From: Raillietiella orientalis
Lineage: Eukaryota
Direction: 5' to 3'
DNA length: 64,000 nt
Assembly (NCBI GenBank): GCA_036172245.1
Contig: JAYWIR010000140.1
Span: 1-64,000, forward strand
Shown: positions 39,207 through 52,699 of the stretch, one piece after another
Layout of the letters: every line of letters starts with the position of its first letter
How positions within the stretch are numbered: the first letter of the stretch is position 1
Made by a program: the position numbers and the translations under genes
Notes under the pieces: model-generated
What the model saw: the letters and a program-made list of their open reading frames with translations, nothing else
The model's database searches: none
Told to the model about the DNA's origin: nothing

Positions 39207-42200
39207 TTGCGATTTCCTGCGTTTAGAGGTGGATGAAGAACAGTCCGAGATTTCATTAGGGCGGGGCACTTTGCACGCCGTGTTGTTTTCATGGAAACCA
39301 CTGTCGGAATTGAAATGCGAATTATTTAATTCGATCTGATTCACGGTATGGTATAAATTTAGAACTTTTGCTGGTTTGTAATCAATTCGAAGTGAGGAGA
39401 TTTCACCATGCACTGTTGCGGTTTTTCACGAAACATCCGTTGGCTGCCCGAGGCAATCTACCGTCATGGATAACCGCACCACCTTGCGATTTCCTGGTTT
39501 CAGAGGTGGATTAAGAAAAGTGCGACATTTGATTAGGGTGGGACACTTTGCACTCCGTGTTGTTTTGATGGCAACCACTGTCGGAGATAAAAAGTGAATT
39601 ATTAAATTGGATCTGATTCACGGTATGGTATAAATTTACATCTTTTGCTGGTTTGTAATCAATTCGTAGTAAGGAGATTTCACCATGCACAGTTGCGGTT
39701 TTTCACGAAACATCCGTTGGCAGCCCGAGGCAATGTACCGTCATGGATAACCGCACCACCTTGCGATTTCCTGGTTTCAGAGGTGGATTAAGAAAAGTCC
39801 GACATTTGCTTGGGGTGGGACACTTTGCACTCCGTGTTGTTTTCATGGCAACCACTGTCGGAGATAAAAAGTGAATTATTAAATTGGATCTGATTCACGG
39901 TATGGTATAAATTTACATCTTTTGCTGGTTTGTAATCAATTCGAAGTACGGAGATTTCACCATTGCACTTTTGCGCTTCTTCACGAAGCATCCGTTGGCA
40001 GCGCGAGGAAATCTACCGGCATGGATCACCACACTACCTTGCGATTTCCTGCGTTCAGAGATGGATGAAGAACAGTCCGACATTTCATTAGGGCGGGGCA
40101 CTTTGCACTCCGTGTTGTTTTCATGGCAACCACTGTCGGAATTGAAATGCGAATTATTTAATTCGATCTGATTCACGGTATGGTATAAATTTACAACTTT
40201 TGCTGGTTTGTAATCAATTCGAAGTGAGGAGATTTCACCATGCACTGTTGCGCTTTTTCACGACGCATCCGTTGGCAGCGCGAGGCAATCTACCGTCATG
40301 GATAACCGCACTCCATGCGAGTTCCTGGTTTCAGAGGTGGATTAAGAAAAGTACGTCATTTCATTAGAACGGGGCACTTTGAACTCCGTGTTGTTTTCAT
40401 GGCAACCACTGTCGGAGATAAAAAGTGAATTATTTAATTCGATCTGATTCATTTTATGGTACAAATTTACATCTTTTGCTGGTTTGTAATCAATTCGAAG
40501 TACGGAGATTTCACCATGCACTGTTGCGCTTTTTCACGAAGCATCCGTTGGCAGCGCGAGGCAATCTACCGTCATGGATAAGCGCACAACCATCCGATTT
40601 CCTGGTTTCAGAGGTGGATTAAGAAAAGTCCGAAATTTCATTAGGGCGGAACACTTTGAACTGCGTGTTGTTTTGATGGCAACCACTATCGGAATTAGAA
40701 AGCGAATTATTTAATTCGATCTGATTTATTTTATGGTACAAATTAACATCTTTTGCTGGTTTGTAATCAATTCGAAAACGGAGGTTTCACCATGCACTGT
40801 TGCGCTTTTTCACGAAGCATCCGTTGGCAGCGCGAGGCAATCTACCGTCATGGATAACCGCACCACCTTGCGATTTCCTGGTTTCAGAGGTGGATGAAGA
40901 ACAGTCCGACATTTCATGAGGGCGGGGCACTTTGCACTCCGTGTTGTTTTCATGGCAACCACTGTCAAAATTGAAATGCGAATTATTTAATTCGATCTGA
41001 TTCACGGCATGGTATAAATTTACAACTTTTGCTGGTTTGTAATCAATTCGAAGTGAGGAGAATTCACCATGCAGTGTTGCGCTTTTTCACGAAACATACG
41101 TTGGCTGTGCGAGGCAATCTACCGTCATGGATAACCGCACAACCATCCGATTTCCTGGTTTCAGTGGTGGATTAAGAAAATTCCGACATTTGATTAGGGT
41201 GGGACACTTTGCACTCCGTATTGTTTTCATGGCAACCACTGTCGGAATTATAAAGTGAATTATTTAATTCGATCTGATTCATGGTGTGGTACAAAATTAC
41301 ATCTTTTGCTGGTTTGTAATCAATTCGAAGTGAGGAGATTTCACCATGCACTCTTGCGCTTTTTCACGAAGAATCCGTTTCCAGGGCGAGGCAATCTACC
41401 GTCATGGATAACCCCACCACTTTGCGATTTCCAGGTTTCAGAGGTGGATTAAGAAAAGTCCGACATCTGATTAGGGTGGAGCACGTTACACTCCGTGTTG
41501 TTTTGATGGCAACCACTGTCGGAGTAAAAAAGTGAATGTTTTAATTCGATCTGATTCACGCTATGGTATAAATTAACATCTTTTTTTGGTTTGTAATAAA
41601 TTCGTAGTACGGAGATTTCACCATTGCACTTTTGCACTTCTTCAAGAAGCATCCGTTGGCAGCTCGAGGCAATCTACCGTCATGGATAACCGCATCACCT
41701 TGCGATTTCCTGGTTTCAGAGGTGGATTAAGAAAAGTCCGACATTTGATTAGGGTAGGACACGTTGCACTCCGTATTGTTTTCATGGCAACCACTATCGC
41801 AATTAGAAAGTGAATTATTTAATTCGATCTGATTCATTTTATGGTACAAATTTACATCTTTTGCTGGCTTGTAATCAATTCGAAGTACGGAGATTTCACC
41901 ATTGCACTTTTGCGCTTCTTCACGAAGCATACGTTGGCAGCGCGAGGAAATCTACCGGCATGGATCACCACACTACCTTGCGGGTTCCTGCGTTTAGAGG
42001 TGGATGAAGAACAGTCCGACATTTCATTAGGTCGGGGCACTTTGCATACCGTGTTGTTTTCATGGCAACCACTGTCGGAATTGAAATTCGAATTATTTAA
42101 TTCGATCTGATTCACGGTATGTTATAAATTTACAACTTTTGCTGGTTTGTAATCAATTCGAAGTGAGGAGATTTCACCATTGCACTGTTGCGCTTTTTCA

Positions 42201-42399
42201 CGAAACATACGTTGGCAGTGCGAGGCAATCTACCGTCATGGATAACCGCAGAACCTTCTGATTTCCTGGTTTCAGAGGTGAATTAAGAAAAGTCCGACAT
42301 TTGATTAAGGTGGGACACTTTGCACTCCGTGTTGTTTTGATGGCAACCACTGTCGGAGTTAAAAAGTGAATTTTTTAATTCGATCTGATTCGCGCTATG

Positions 42400-45300
42400 G
42401 TATAAATTTACATCTTTTGCTGGTTTGTAATCAATTCGAAGTGAGGAGATTTCACCATTGCTCATTTGCACTTCTTCACGAAGCATCCGTCGGCAGCGCG
42501 AGGCAATCAACCGTCATGGATCACCGCACTACCTTGAGATTTGCTCTTTTCCGAGGTGTATTAAAAAAAGTGCGACATTTCATTAGGGCGAGGCACTTTG
42601 CACTCCGTGTTATTGTCATGACAACCACTTTCGGAATTGAAAAGTGAATTATTTAATTCGATCTGATTCACGGTATGCTATAAATTTACATCATTTGGTG
42701 GTTTGTAATCAATTCGTAGTACGGAGATTCCACCACTGCACTTTTGTGCTTCTTCACGAAGCATCCGTTGGCAGCGTGTGGAAATCTACCGGCATGGATC
42801 ACCACACTACCTTGCGATTTCTTGCGTTTAGAGGTGGATTAAGAAAAGTCCGACATTTGATTAGGGTGGGACATGTTGCACTCCGTATTGTTTTCATGGC
42901 AACCACTGTCGGAATTAGAAAGTGAATTATTTAATTCGATCTGATTCACGGTGTGGTACAAATTTGCATCTTTTGCTGGTTTGTAATCAATTCGAAGTGA
43001 GGAGATTTTACCATGCACTGTTGCGTTTTTCACGAAGCATCCGTTGGCAGCGCGAGGCAATCTACCGTCATGGATAACCGCACCACCTTGCGATTTCCTG
43101 GTTTCAGAGGTATATTAAGAAAAGTCCGACATTTGATTAGGGTGGGACACTTTGCACTTCGTGTTGTTTTGATGGCAACCACTGTCGGAGATAAAAAGTG
43201 AATTATTTAATTCGATCTGATTCACGGTATGGTATAAATTTACATCTTTTGCTGGTTTGTAATCAATTCGAAGTGCGGAGATTTCACCATTGCTCATTTG
43301 CACTTCTTCACGAAGCACCCGTCCCCAGCGCGAGGCAATCTACCGTCATGGATCACCGCACTACCTTGCGATTTGTTCTTTTCCGAGGTGTATTAAAAAA
43401 AGTCCGACATTTCATTAGGGCGAAGCACTTTGCACTCCGTGTTATTGTCATGACAACCACTTTTAGGAATTGAAAAGTGAATTATTTAATTCGATCTGAT
43501 TCAGGGTATGCTATAAATTTACATCTTTTGGTGGTTTGTAATCAATTAGTAGTACGGAGATTCTACCACTGCACTTTTGCGCTTCTTCACGAAGCATCCG
43601 TTGGCAGCGTGTGGAAATCTACCGGCATGGATAACCGCACTACCTTGCGATGTCCTGGTTTCAGAGGTGGATTAAGAAAAGTCCGACATTTGATTAGGGT
43701 AGGACACGTTGCACTCCGTATTGTTTTCATGGCAACCACTATCGCAATTAGAAAGTGAATTATTTAATTCGATCTGATTCATTTTATGGTACAAATTTAC
43801 ATCTTTTGCTGGCTTGTAATCAATTCGAAGTACGGAGATTTCACCATTGCACTGTTGCGCTTTTTCACGAAACATACGTTGGCTGTGCGAGGCAATCTAC
43901 CTGTCATGGATAACCGCACAACCTTCCGATTTCCTGGTTTCAGAGGTGGATTAAGAAAGGTCCGACATTTGATTTGGGTGGGACGCTTTGCACTCCGTAT
44001 TGTTTTCATGGCAACCACTATCGCAATTAGAAAGTGAATTATTTAATTCGATCTGATTCACGGTATGGTATAAATTTGCATCTTTTGCTGGTTTGTAATA
44101 AATTCGTAGTACGGAGATTTCACCATTGCACTTTTGCACTTCTTCACGAAGCATCCGTTGGCAGCCCGAGGCAATCTACCGTCATGGATAACCACATCAC
44201 CTTGCGAATTCCAGGTTTCAGAGGTGGATTAAGAAAAGTCCGACATTTGATCAGGGTGGGACACTTTGCACTTCGTGTTGTTTTGATGGCAACCACTGTC
44301 GGAGATAAAAAGGGAAGTATTTAATTCGATCTGATACACGCTATGGTATAAATTTACTTCTTTTGCTGGTTTGTAATCAATTCGAAGTGAGGAGATTTCA
44401 CCATTGCTCATTTGCACTTGTTCACGAAGCATCCGTCGGCAGCGCGAGGCAAGCTACCGTCATGGATCACCGCACTACCTTGCGATTTGTTCTTTTCCGA
44501 GGTGTATTAAAAAAAGTCCGACATTTCATTAGGGCGAGGCACTTTGCACTCCGTGTTATTGTCATGACAACCACTTTTGGGAATTGAAAAGTGAATTATT
44601 TAATTCGATCTGATTCACGCTATGGTATAAATTTACATCTTTTGCTGGTTTGTAATCAATTCGTAGTACGGAGATTCCACCACTGCACTTTTGCGCTTCT
44701 TCACGAAGCATCCGTTGGCAGCGCGAGACAATCTACCGTCATCGATAACCGCACCATCATGCGATTTCCTGGATTCAGACGTGGATTAAGAAAAGTCCGA
44801 AATTTCATTAGGGCGGAACACTTTGCACATCGTGTTGTTTTCACGGCAACCACTGTCGGAATTAGAAAGTGAATTATTTAATTCGATCTGATTCATTTTA
44901 TGGTACAAATTAACATCTTTTGCTGGTTTGTAATCAATTCGAAGTACAGAGATTTCACCATGCACTGTTGCGCTTTTTCACGAAACATACGTTGGCAGTG
45001 CGAGGCAATCTACCGTCATGGATCACCGCACCACCTTGCGATTTGCTCTTTTCCGAAGTGTATTAAAAAAAGTCCGACATTTCATTAGGGCGAGGCACCT
45101 TGCACTCCGTGTTATTGTCATGACAACCACTTTCGGAATTGAAAATTGAATTATTTAATTCGATCTGATTCACGATATGCTATAAATTTACATCTTTTGG
45201 TGGTTTGTAATCAATTCGTAGTACGGAGATTCCACCACTGCACTTTTGCGCTTCTTCACGAAGCATCCGTTGGAAGCGTGTGGAAATCTACCGGCATGGA

Positions 45301-48300
45301 TCACCACACTACCTTGCGATTACTTGTGTTTAGAGGTGGATTAAGAAAAGTCCGACATTTGATTAGGGTGGGACACTTTGCACTCCGTATTGTTTTCATG
45401 GCAACCACTGTCGGAATTAGAAAGTGAATTATTTAATTCGATCTGATCACGGGGTGGTACAAATTTGCATCTTTTCCTGGTTTGTAATCAATTCGAAGTG
45501 AGGAGATTTTACCATGCACTGTTGCGCTTTTTCACGAAGCATCCGTTGGCAGCGCGAGGCAATCTACCGTCATGGATAACCGCACTACCTTGCGATTTGT
45601 TCTTTTCCGAGGTGTATTAAAAAAAGTCCGACATTTCATTAGGGCGAGGCACTTTGCACTCTGTGTTTTTGTCATGACAACCACTTTTGGGAATTGAAAA
45701 GTGAATTATTTAATTCGATCTGATTCACGCTATGGTATAAATTTACATCTTTTGCTGGTTTGTAATCAATTCGTAGTACGGAGATTTCACCATTGCACTT
45801 TTGCACTTCTTCACGAAGCATCCGTTGGCAGCCCGAGGCAATCTGCCGTCATGGATAACCCCACCACCTTGCGATTTCCTGGTTTCAGAGGTGGATTAAG
45901 AACAGTCCGACATTTGATTAAGGTGGGACACTTTGCACTCCGTGTTGTTTTGATGGCAACCACTGTCGGAGATAAAAAGTGAATTATTTAATTGGATCTG
46001 ATTCACGGTATGGTATAAATTTACATCTTTTGATGGTTTGTAATCAATTCGAAGTGAGCAGATTTCACCATTGCTCATTTGCACTTCTTCACGAAGCATC
46101 CGTCGCCAGTGCGAGGTAATCTACCGTCATGGATCACCCCACTACCTTGAGATTTGCTCTTTTCCGAGGTGTATTAAAAAAAGTCCGACATTTCATTAGG
46201 GCGAGGCACTTTGCACTCCGTGTTATTGTCATGACAACCACTTTCGGAATTGAAAAGTGAATTATTTAATTCGATCTGATTCACGGTATGCTATAAATTT
46301 ACATCTTTTGGTGGTTTGTAATCAATTCGTAGTACGGAGATTCCACCACTGCACTTTTGCGCTTCTTCACGAAGCATCCGTTGGCAGCGTGTGGAAATCT
46401 ACCGGCATGGATCACCACACTACCTTGCGATTTCTTGCGTTTAGAGGTGGATTAAGAAAAGTCCGACATTTGATTAGGGTGGGACATGTTGCACTCCGTA
46501 TTGTTTTCATGGCAACCACTGTCGGAATTACAAAGTGAATTATTTAATTCGATCTGATTCACGGTGTGGTACAAATATGCATCTTTTGCTGGTTTGTAAT
46601 CAATTCGAAGTGAGGAGATTTTACCATGCACTGTTGCGTTTTTCACGAAGCATCCGTTGGCAGCGCGAGGCAATCTACCGTCATGGATAACCGCACTACC
46701 TTGCGATTTCCTGGTTTCAGAGGTGGATTAAGAAAAATCCGACATTTGATTAGGGTGGGACACGTTGCACTCCGTATTGTTTTCATGGCAACCACTGTCG
46801 GAGTTAAAAAGTGAATTTTTTAATTCGATCTGATTCACGGTATGGTATAAATTTACATGTTTTGCTGGTTTGTAATCAATTCGTAGTACGGAGATTTCAC
46901 CATTCAACTTTTGCACTTCTTCACGAAGCATCCGTTGGCAGCCCGAGGCAATCTACCGTCATGGATAACCGCATCACCTTGCGATTTCCTGGTTTCAGAG
47001 GTGGATTAAGAAAAGTCCGACATTTGATCAGGGTGGGACACTTTGCACTCCGTGTTGTTTTGATGGCAAGCACTGTCGGAGATAAAAAGGGAAGTATTTA
47101 ATTCGATCTGATTCACGCTATGGTATAAATTTACTTCTTTTGCTGGTTTGTAATCAATTCGAAGTGAGGAGATTTCACCATTGCTCATTTGCACTTGTTG
47201 ACGAAGCATCCGTCAGCATCGCGAGGCAATCTACCGTCATGGATCACCGCCCTACCTTGCGATTTGTTCTTTTCCGAGGTGTATTAAAAAAAGTCCGACA
47301 TTTCATTAGGGCGAGGCACTTTGCACTCCGTGTTATTGTCATGACAACCACTTTTGGGATTTGAAAAGTGAATTATTTAATTCGATCTGATTCACGGTAT
47401 GCTATAAATTTACATCTTTTGCTGGTTTGTAATCAATTCGTAGTACGGAGATTCCACCACTGCACTTTTGCGCTTCTTCACGAAGCATCCGTTGGCAGCG
47501 CGAGACAATCTACCGTCATCGATAACCGCACCATCATGCGATTTCCTGGATTCAGACGTGGATTAAGAAAAGTCCGAAATTTCATTAGGGCGGAACACTT
47601 TGCACATCGTGTTGTTTTCACGGAAACCACTGTCGGAATTAGAAAGTGAATTATTTAATTCGATCTGATTCATTTTATGGTACAAATTAACATCTTTTGC
47701 TGGTCTGTAATCAATTCGAAGTGAGGAGATTTCACCATGCACTGTTGCGCTTTTTCACGAAGAATCCGTTTGCAGGGCGAGGCAATCTATCGTCATGGAT
47801 AACCGCACCACCTTGCGATTTCCTGGTTTCAGAGGTGGATTAAGAAAACTCCAACATTTGATTAGGGTGGGACACTTTGCACTTCGTGTTGTTTTGATGG
47901 CAACCACTGTCGGAGATAAAAAGTGAATTATTAAATTGGATCTGATTCACGGTATGGTATAAATTTACATCTTTTGCTGGTTTGTAATCAATTCGAAGTA
48001 CGCAGATTTCACCATGCACTGTTGCGCTTTTTCACGAAACATACGTTGGCAGTGCGAGGCAATCTACCGTCATGGATCACCGCACCACCTTGCGATTTGC
48101 TCTTTTCCGAAGTGTATTAAAAAAAGTCCGACATTTCATTAGGGCGAGGCACCTTGCACTCCGTGTTATTGTCATGACAACCACTTTCGGAATTGAAAAT
48201 TGAATTATTTAATTCGATCTGATTCACGATATGCTATAAATTTACATCTTTTGGTGGTTTGTAATCAATTCGTAGTACGGAGATTCCACCACTGCACTTT

Positions 48301-51300
48301 TGCGCTTCTTCACGAAGCATCCGTTGGAAGCGTGTGGAAATCTACCGGCATGGATCACCACACTACCTTGCGATTACTTGTGTTTAGAGGTGGATTAAGA
48401 AAAGTCCGACATTTGATTAGGGTGGGACACTTTGCACTCCGTATTGTTTTCATGGCAACCACTGTCGGAATTAGAAAGTGAATTATTTAATTCGATCTGA
48501 TCACGGTGTTGTACAAATTTGCATCTTTTCCTGGTTTGTAATCAATTCGAAGTGAGGAGATTTTACCATGCACTGTTGCGCTTTTTCACGAAGCATCCGT
48601 TGGCAGCGCGAGGCAATCTACCGTCATGGTTAACCGCACTACCTTGCGATTTGTTCTTTTCCGAGGTGTATTAAAAAAAGTCCGACATTTCATTAGGGCG
48701 AGGCACTTTGCACTCCGTGTTATTGTCATGACAACCACTTTTGGGAATTGAAAAGTGAATTATTTAATTCGATCTGATTCACGCTATGGTATAAATTTAC
48801 ATCTTTTGCTGGTTTGTAATCAATTCGTAGTACGGAGATTTCACCATTGCACTTTTGCACTTCTTCACGAAGCATCCGTTGGCAGCCCGAGGCAATCTAC
48901 CGTCATGGATAACCACACCACCTTGCGATTACCAGGTTTCAGAGGTGGATTAAGAAAAGTCTGACATTTGATCAGGGTGGGACACTTTGCACTCCGTGTT
49001 GTTTTGATGGCAACCACTGTCGGAGATAAAAAGGGAATTATTTAATTCGATCTGATTCACGGTATGGTATAAATTTACAACTTTTGCTGGTGTGTAATCA
49101 ATTCGAAGTGAGGAGATTTCACCATGCACTGTTGCGGTTTTTCAGGAAACATCCGTTGGCAGCCCGAGGCAATCTGCCGTCATGGATAACCCCACCACCT
49201 TGCGATTTCCTGGTTTCAGAGGTGGATTAAGAACAGTCCGACATTTGATTAAGGTGGGACACTTTGCACTCCGTGTTGTTTTGATGGCAACCACTGTCGG
49301 AGATAAAAAGTGAATTATTTAATTGGATCTGATTCACGGTATGGTATAAATTTACATCTTTTGCTGGTTTGTAATCAATTCGAAGTGAGGAGATTTCACC
49401 ATTGCTCATTTGCACTTCTTCACGAAGCATCCGTCGGCAGCGCGAGGCAATCTACCGTCATGGATCACCGCACTACCTTGCGATTTGCTCTTTTCCGAGG
49501 TGTATTAAAAAAAGTCCGACATTTCATTAGGGCGAGGCACTTTGCACTCCGTGTTATTGTCATGACAACCACTTTCGGAATTGAAAAGTGAATTATTTAA
49601 TTCGATCTGATTCACGGTATGCTATAAATTTACATCTTTTGGTGGTTTGTAATCAATTCGTAGTACGGAGATTTCACCACTGCACTTTTGCGCTTCTTCA
49701 CGAAGCATCCGTTGGCAGCGCGTGGAAATCTACCGGCATGGATCACCACACTACCTTGCGATTTCTTGCGTTTAGAGGTGGATTAAGAAAAGTCCGACAT
49801 TTGATTAGGGTGGGACACTTTGCACTCCGTATTGTTTTCATGGCAACCACTGTCGGAATTAGAAAGTGAATTATTTAATTCGATCTGATTCACGGTGTGG
49901 TACAAATTTACATCTTTTGCTGGTTTGTAATCAATTCGAAGTGAGGAGATTTCACCATGCACTGTTGCGCTTTTTCACGAAGCATCCGTTGGCAGCGCGA
50001 GGCAATCTACCGTCATGGATAACCGCACTACCTTGCGATTTCCTGGTTTCAGAGGTGGATTAAGAAAAGTCCGACATTTGATTAGGGTGGGACACGTTGC
50101 ACTCCGTATTGTTTTCATGGCAACCACTGTCGGAGTTAAAAAGTGAATTTTTTAATTCGATCTGATTCACGGTATGGTATAAATTTACATCTTTTGCTGG
50201 TTTGTAATAAATTCGTAGTACGGATTTTTCACCATTCAACTTTTGCACTTCTTCACGAAGCATCCGTTGGCAGCCCGAGGCAATCTACCGTCATGGATAA
50301 CCACATCACCTTGCGATTTCCAGGTTTCAAAGGTGGATTAAGAAAAGTCCGACATTTGATCAGGGTGGGACACTTTGCACTCCGTGTTGTTTTGATGGCA
50401 ACCACTGTCGGAGATAAAAAGGGAAGTATTTAATTCGATCTGATTCACGCTATGGTATAAATTTACTTCTTTTGCTGGTTTGTAATCAATTCGAAGTGAG
50501 GAGATTTCACCATTGCTCATTTGCACTTGTTCACGAAGCATCCGTCGGCAGCGCGAGGCAATCTACCGTCATGGATCACCGCACTACCTTGCGATTTGTT
50601 CTTTTCCGAGGTGTATTAAAAAAAGTCCGACATTTCATTAGGGCGAGGCACTTTGCACTCCGTGTTATTGTCATGACAACCACTTTTGGGATTTGAAAAG
50701 TGAATTATTTAATTCGATCTGGTTCACGGTATGCTATAAATTTACATCTTTTGGTGGTTTGTAATCAATTCGTAGTACGGAGATTCCACCACTGCACTTT
50801 TGCGCTTCTTCACGAAGCATCCGTTGGCAGCGCGAGACAATCTACCGTCATGGATAACCGCACCATCATGCGATTTCCTGGATTCAGACGTGGATTAAAA
50901 AAAGTCCGAAATTTCATTAGGGCGGAACACTTTGCACTGCGTGTTGTTTTCACGGCAACCACTGTCGGAATTAGAAAGGGAATTATTTAATTCGATCTGA
51001 TTCATTTTATTGTACAAATTAACATCTTTTGCTGGTTTGTAATCAATTCGAAGTACGGAGTTTTCACCATGCACTGTTGCGCTTTTTCACGAAACATACG
51101 TTGGCAGTGCGAGGCAATCTACCGTCATGGATAACCGCACCACCTAGCGATTTCCTGGTTTCAGAGGTGGATTAAGAAAAGTCCGACATTTGATTAGGGT
51201 GGGACACGTTGCACTCCGTGTTGTTTTGATGGCAACCACTGTCGGAGATAAAAAGGGAATTATTTAATTCGATCTGATTCACGGTATGGTATAAATTTAC

Positions 51301-51700
51301 ATGTTTTGCTGGTTTGTAATCAATTCGAAGTGAGGAGATTTCACCATTGCTCATTTGCACTTCTTCACGAAGCATCCGTCGGCAGGGCGAGGCAATCTAC
51401 CATCATGGATCACCGCACCACCTTGCGATTTGCTCTTTTCCGAGGTGTATTAAAAAAAGTCCGACATTTCATTAGGGCGAGGCACCTTGCACTCCGTGTT
51501 ATTGTCATGACAACCACTTTCGGAATTGAAAATTGAATTATTTAATTCGATCTGATTCACGATATGCTATAAATTTACATCTTTTGGTGGTTTGTAATCA
51601 ATTCGTAGTACGGAGATTCCACCACTGCACTTTTGCGCTTCTTCACGAAGAATCCGTTGGCAGCGTGTGGAAATCTACCGGCATGGATCAAATCACTACC
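42400..51700. repeat. Satellite layer enriched in type C monomers, with variable 10-13-mer higher-order repeats
   Basis: The type C signature 'tttg(c/t)tcttttccga(g/a)gtgtattaaaaaaag ... gtcatgacaaccacttt' occurs 12 times between 42556 and 51445. Offsets are 2777 (44229/47006), 3054 (45146/48200), 3331-3332 (46257/49588, 47368/50700) and 3613 (42644/46257). Confidence 0.82.
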
Positions 51701-52699
51701 TTTCGATTTCCTGCGTTTAGAGGTGGATGAAGAACAGTCCGACATTTCATTAGGGCGGAACACTTTGCACTGCGTGTTGTTTTCATGGCAATCACTATCG
51801 GAATTAGAAAGCGAATTATTTAATTGGATCTGATTCACGGTATGGTATAAATTTAAATCTATTGCTGGTTTGTAATCAATTCGTAGTACGGAGATTTCAC
51901 CATTGCACTGTTGCGCTTTTTCACGAAACATACGTTGCCTGTACGAGGCAATCTACCTGTCATGGATAACCGCACAACCTTCCGATTTCCTGGTTTCAGA
52001 GGTGGATTAAGAAACGTCCGACATTTGATTTGGGTGGGACACTTTGCACTCCGTATTGTTTTCATGGCAACCACTATCGGAATTAGAAAGTGAATCATTT
52101 AATTGCATCTGATTCATTTTATGGTACAAATTTACATCTTTTGCTGGTTTGTAATCAATTCGAAGTACGGAGATTTCACCATTGCACTTTTGCGCTTCTT
52201 CACGAAGCAACCGTTGGCATCGCGAGGAAATCTACCGGCATGGATCACCACACTACCTTGCGATTTCCTGCGTTTAGAGGTGGATGAAGAACAGTCCGAC
52301 ATTTCATTAGGGCGGGGCACTTTGCACGCCGTGTTGTTTTCAAGAAAACCACTGTCGGAATTGAAATGCGAATTATTTAATTCGATCTGATTTATTTTAT
52401 GGTACAAATTTACATCTTTTGCTGGTTTGTAATCAATTCGTAGTGAGGAGATTTCACCATGCACTGTTGCGCTTTTTCACGAAACATACGTTGGCAGTGC
52501 GAGGCAAGCTACCGTCATGGATAACCGCACAACCTTCCGATTTCCTGGTTTCAGAGGTGGATTAAGAAAAGTCAGACATTTGATTAGGGTGGGACACTTT
52601 GCACTCCGTATTGTTTTCATAGCAACCACTGTCGGATTTAGAAAGTGAATAATTTAATTCGATCTGATTCATTTTATGGTACAAATTTCCAACTTTTGC

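Larger units (their letters stand above)
10601..40250. repeat. Central homogeneous satellite layer built from alternating A/B monomers with higher-order repeats
   Basis: Diagnostic variants are 'gcgcgacgaa' (about 12785-38620), 'ctacgtttag', 'gtacgcag', 'catttaggg' and 'tgtggcgg'. The flank variants 'cacgttgc', 'catggtgtgg' and 'gcggaacac' were not seen here by eye. Boundaries are approximate, with a transition at about 10.6-12.6 kb. Confidence 0.8.

Noticed and set aside
42696..42735. Linked variants creating a tggtgg...ccacca stem in the type C partner monomer
   Set aside because: The stem is only 6 bp, and each variant also occurs without the other (about 44640-44680 and 49640-49680), so it is not good evidence of structure.
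42366..42925. Chained 93-aa ORFs overlapping by GTGA, resembling translationally coupled genes
   Set aside because: This follows arithmetically from a 278-bp unit containing 'gtga'. The frame is broken in 277/279-bp monomers and in type B monomers (TGA in 'ggatga'), so no coding constraint is visible.
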